Below are positions 61,269 through 64,000 of a DNA stretch of 64,000 nt, one piece after another (the first letter of the stretch is position 1; each line of letters begins with the position of its first letter). Source of the DNA: a virus; the IMG/VR virus record IMGVR_UViG_3300046314_000711, one strand, 5' to 3'. The notes under the pieces were generated by a model. It had not been told where the DNA came from. It was given only the letters and a program-made list of their open reading frames with translations, and did not search any database. A program made the translations under genes and the position numbers.

Positions 61269-61853
61269 ATGTTCGCATTCGATATCGATGTTGATATTCC
61301 AATTGGAACAGACATTCGACGACTATTCCCGTCAGCAATCCCTGCATCTCGTGTGGATAAGAATGAATTGGTCAAGCATCCGTGTGGCCATTACTTTGAA
61401 AATATTGCTGTTGATCAACTAACCGGGCTCGCCGCGGTTCCACACAAGGAAGCAGCAGAAATTGGCTACACAAAGGTAGACTTCCTGCACCTATCGCTAC
61501 TTAACACATTCAAGACAAAGACCGCACTCCGTAGAGCTTGCCGCAAGGAACCTGATTGGACACTACTACAGCGGCGAGACGTTGTCGAACAACTGTTCCA
61601 AATTAAGAACCACTACGACACCGTCCGGAAAGTTAAACCAACAAGTATCCAAGAACTTGCAGATGTAATCGCACTAATTCGGCCAGACAAACGCCACCTA
61701 CTCCATGACTACATTCGCAACAAACAAAAAGTGAGACCGATGCTATACCGGTCTCGCGATGATGATAAGTCGACATTTAGAGCTGGTCACTCGCTAGCCT
61801 ACAGTATTACTATTGTTGCTCAACTCAACACACTCACTTTTCCTCCACAGTAG
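61269..61853 (+). CDS. DNA polymerase III alpha (DnaE) catalytic fragment
   Basis: FDIDVD, KHPCG, KVDFL, ALIRP, F..GHSLAY. Confidence 0.85.
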   Translation: MFAFDIDVDIPIGTDIRRLFPSAIPASRVDKNELVKHPCGHYFENIAVDQLTGLAAVPHKEAAEIGYTKVDFLHLSLLNTFKTKTALRRACRKEPDWTLLQRRDVVEQLFQIKNHYDTVRKVKPTSIQELADVIALIRPDKRHLLHDYIRNKQKVRPMLYRSRDDDKSTFRAGHSLAYSITIVAQLNTLTFPPQ

Positions 61854-62235
61854 GCACAGATACATCAACTGGTGCCTGAGGTGATAACGGAGCAGCCCCC
61901 CTTGATGAGCCAGCATACGCATCAACAATCTTCTCTGCAATCTTTGCACCTGACCAAATAAGCATATAGAACACAATCAACCACAGATCAATAGCCTTCG
62001 TCTGCACAACGATATACATGATCACCCATGAACTAATCGCAAGACAAACAAAAATCGCAAGACGAAATGCAGACGGCTTCCCTGCATCATCACGAAGCAT
62101 ATCCGCAAAATCAAAATTATTACTCTTAGACTTCTGAGTCTGGTACAGTACGTACACACCTAGTAGTGTCATGACCAAGAGAATAACCGCTGGAAAATCA
62201 ACCATTGACAACCACTTTGCATAAAGTTCGGACAT
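61834..62235 (-). CDS. Holin-like membrane protein
   Basis: Three TM segments; adjacent to the endolysin. Confidence 0.6.
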   Translation of the reverse strand: MSELYAKWLSMVDFPAVILLVMTLLGVYVLYQTQKSKSNNFDFADMLRDDAGKPSAFRLAIFVCLAISSWVIMYIVVQTKAIDLWLIVFYMLIWSGAKIAEKIVDAYAGSSRGAAPLSPQAPVDVSVPTVEEK

Positions 62236-62237
62236 AT

Positions 62238-62804
62238 TTATACCCCCTTTGCCTTAGCATATGCTGCTGCTAGCTTTGTATGATAATTGAGACTTGCATA
62301 CTCCGGCCCATTATATTGTTTCGCAAATCCACTCCAATTCTTCTCACGCAATTCATCCCCAAGCCCCTTACTAATGACGAAGCTTGTAAATGCAGCCAAC
62401 TGCTCATTCTCATCCTTACACATTGCTGTATAGAATGATTCAGGACCAGGGAACCCACAGTATCCGTGATTTAGACCCATGATTTGGAATATACCGTAGG
62501 ACGCAGACATCAGCGCGGCCGGACGATCCAGTGAAATAGCGAGCTGCAACCTTGCTTGTTCGACTTGCCAGGATTTACCATAGAACTCTCGTGTCCACTT
62601 CCGGTAGCTAATAGTCGGATAATCTTTATCATAGACCCCCTTTGTCAGCTTACTAAACCAGTGCCCCTCAAAAAGACTAATAACTGAATTATCAGGATTA
62701 AATCCGCTACCTGAAGATTCGACTGCAGCAACTGCCATAATTGCCTCTACCTCACAACCAATCCGCTGCGCATCATCTAAAAAATCTTCTCGTGTTAATC
62801 GCAT
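62238..62804 (-). CDS. N-acetylmuramidase endolysin (DUF3380-type)
   Basis: AVAAVES, LFEGHWF, SASYGIFQIMG.N, FAKQYNG. Confidence 0.9.
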   Translation of the reverse strand: MRLTREDFLDDAQRIGCEVEAIMAVAAVESSGSGFNPDNSVISLFEGHWFSKLTKGVYDKDYPTISYRKWTREFYGKSWQVEQARLQLAISLDRPAALMSASYGIFQIMGLNHGYCGFPGPESFYTAMCKDENEQLAAFTSFVISKGLGDELREKNWSGFAKQYNGPEYASLNYHTKLAAAYAKAKGV

Positions 62805-63169
62805 GTTAAATAAAGCTCCTATTAGGAAGCTTGTATTTAGTGTGGCGTACCAGTATTCTTCAATGTAGCAGTTAGTCCCCAACGATGTTTGGAATGGGCT
62901 GCCATACGGTCGCCAACAGAACTTTAAGTCCTTCACAACTAAGTGTTCCAGAGAGTGTGCTATTTAACCACATAACCCTATTTTGCTGGGTGGCAGGAAG
63001 TGCACATGTATACACACAGTGTGTACGCGATCATAGGGTATGCAAGTAGTACGGAGCTACCGACACCGTGTGCAGAGATAGTGCACCCCCGTAGGAGAAC
63101 AAGTGAATATCTCACATAAACCGCAGTGGTTACAGTCTGTGCAATAACCTGTGCAAAAAGTGGTATAAC

Positions 63170-63399
63170 TGTGTATAACACGGTTTGAAAGAGAAAGAGT
63201 CGGGAAAATGTGCAGGAATCCTGTGCATAACTTTGTGAATAACTATAAAAGAATCTGCAGAATCTGCAGCGAAAAACAGTCAGACTTTAACTGTGCATAA
63301 CTTTTGTTATAACAGTGTTTTAAAAAGAGCGTTTAGCAGCATTGTAACTGACTATCTTTTCACATATTCTCTGCACTATCGTATCAAAAATGTGTATAA
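63170..63399. promoter_or_regulatory. DnaA-box cluster
   Basis: Five TGTGNATAA boxes at 63170, 63222, 63234, 63292, 63391 in an ~1-kb non-coding gap. Confidence 0.7.
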
Positions 63400-63801
63400 C
63401 TATGTAAAAACAGTTACAAACCCGCCTGTGCACAATAGTTTTGCGTACGGTCAGCAGCTCATTATAGAAAAGACTAGCTAGCTGCCTTATACCGTATAGG
63501 GAAAAACATGATAAGACCCGCATGTTTAGTGGATTCTGTAAAAATGATAATTTGGTAAAAGTAGTAGATTGGAGCATTAAATCTGGTTAAGACTGCATAT
63601 ACGCATTATTAAGCTGGAAATTGATTGAGGAATGTCTACAAATCTGGTTGAAGGTTACCATAAATCAAGGGGTTACAGACTGTCATACTGTCTACGGTGA
63701 GTAACGAATTTTACATGGGTAGTATCGCATGAACTGTGGGATCGCATAAGCTGCTTAGCTGCCGGTTTTGCCCACTATCATTTTGATAGTACAATACTGG
63801 T

Positions 63802-64000
63802 ATGAACCTACCTGTAAACTATAATGATACTCCCTGGCAGACTCGACGACTCGTGCGGGAGGAATATGTCCGGCTGCAGCACGGACTGTGTTCCCACTGC
63901 GGTGAACCATTGTATAAGCCTCCTGCGCAGCATATAATGGAGAAGCGGATTAATGTAAAGTTGTTTCCTGCGTCAATGTTTAAGTATCCTGTGCACTTGC
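63802..64000 (+). CDS. Probable HNH/EndoVII-like nuclease, truncated by the window end
   Basis: Q.GLCSHCGEPL...YPVHL. Confidence 0.55.
   Translation, partial: MNLPVNYNDTPWQTRRLVREEYVRLQHGLCSHCGEPLYKPPAQHIMEKRINVKLFPASMFKYPVHL

Noticed and set aside
1-64000. Genome-wide TAG recoding
   Set aside because: Long genes are intact under the standard code and several end in TAG; only two in-frame ambers were found.

Overview
This window looks like part of a large T4-superfamily-like (jumbo) tailed phage genome. It has sigma70-type TTGAC/TATAAT early promoters and TATAAATA late-type motifs, and the host is probably a proteobacterium (inference). The right half is a replication/recombination/lysis block: NAD-dependent ligase, QueE, gp32-like SSB, UvsX split by a naturally split intein, UvsY, UvsW, two DnaE fragments, GroES, clamp loader, holin/endolysin and a DnaA-box cluster. 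The middle holds accessory and counter-defence genes: Ro60/TROVE-like protein, PTH2-like + HD + amber-suppressor tRNA module, RNA ligase split by an antisense GIY-YIG endonuclease, Mesh1-like HD, MazG, Acb2. The most striking part is ~2.2-14.3 kb, a mostly non-coding RNA operon driven by five stacked rrn-like promoters, with boxA-like elements after the last four. It contains ordinary tRNAs, tRNA chassis carrying large inserts, a double-elbow tRNA mimic, a hammerhead ribozyme, an unmistakable copy of the 23S rRNA L11/GTPase-centre motif, and about 14 stem-closed cassettes with shared CATAT...ATATG ends whose payloads contain many short rRNA-like words. A separate family of CAGCMA scaffold RNAs, two displaying bare anticodon stem-loops, lies directly upstream of the Ro60-like gene. 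Together these suggest a modular phage array of translation-apparatus decoy RNAs. All RNA structures were read by eye and rRNA comparisons are from memory, so they need computational confirmation.
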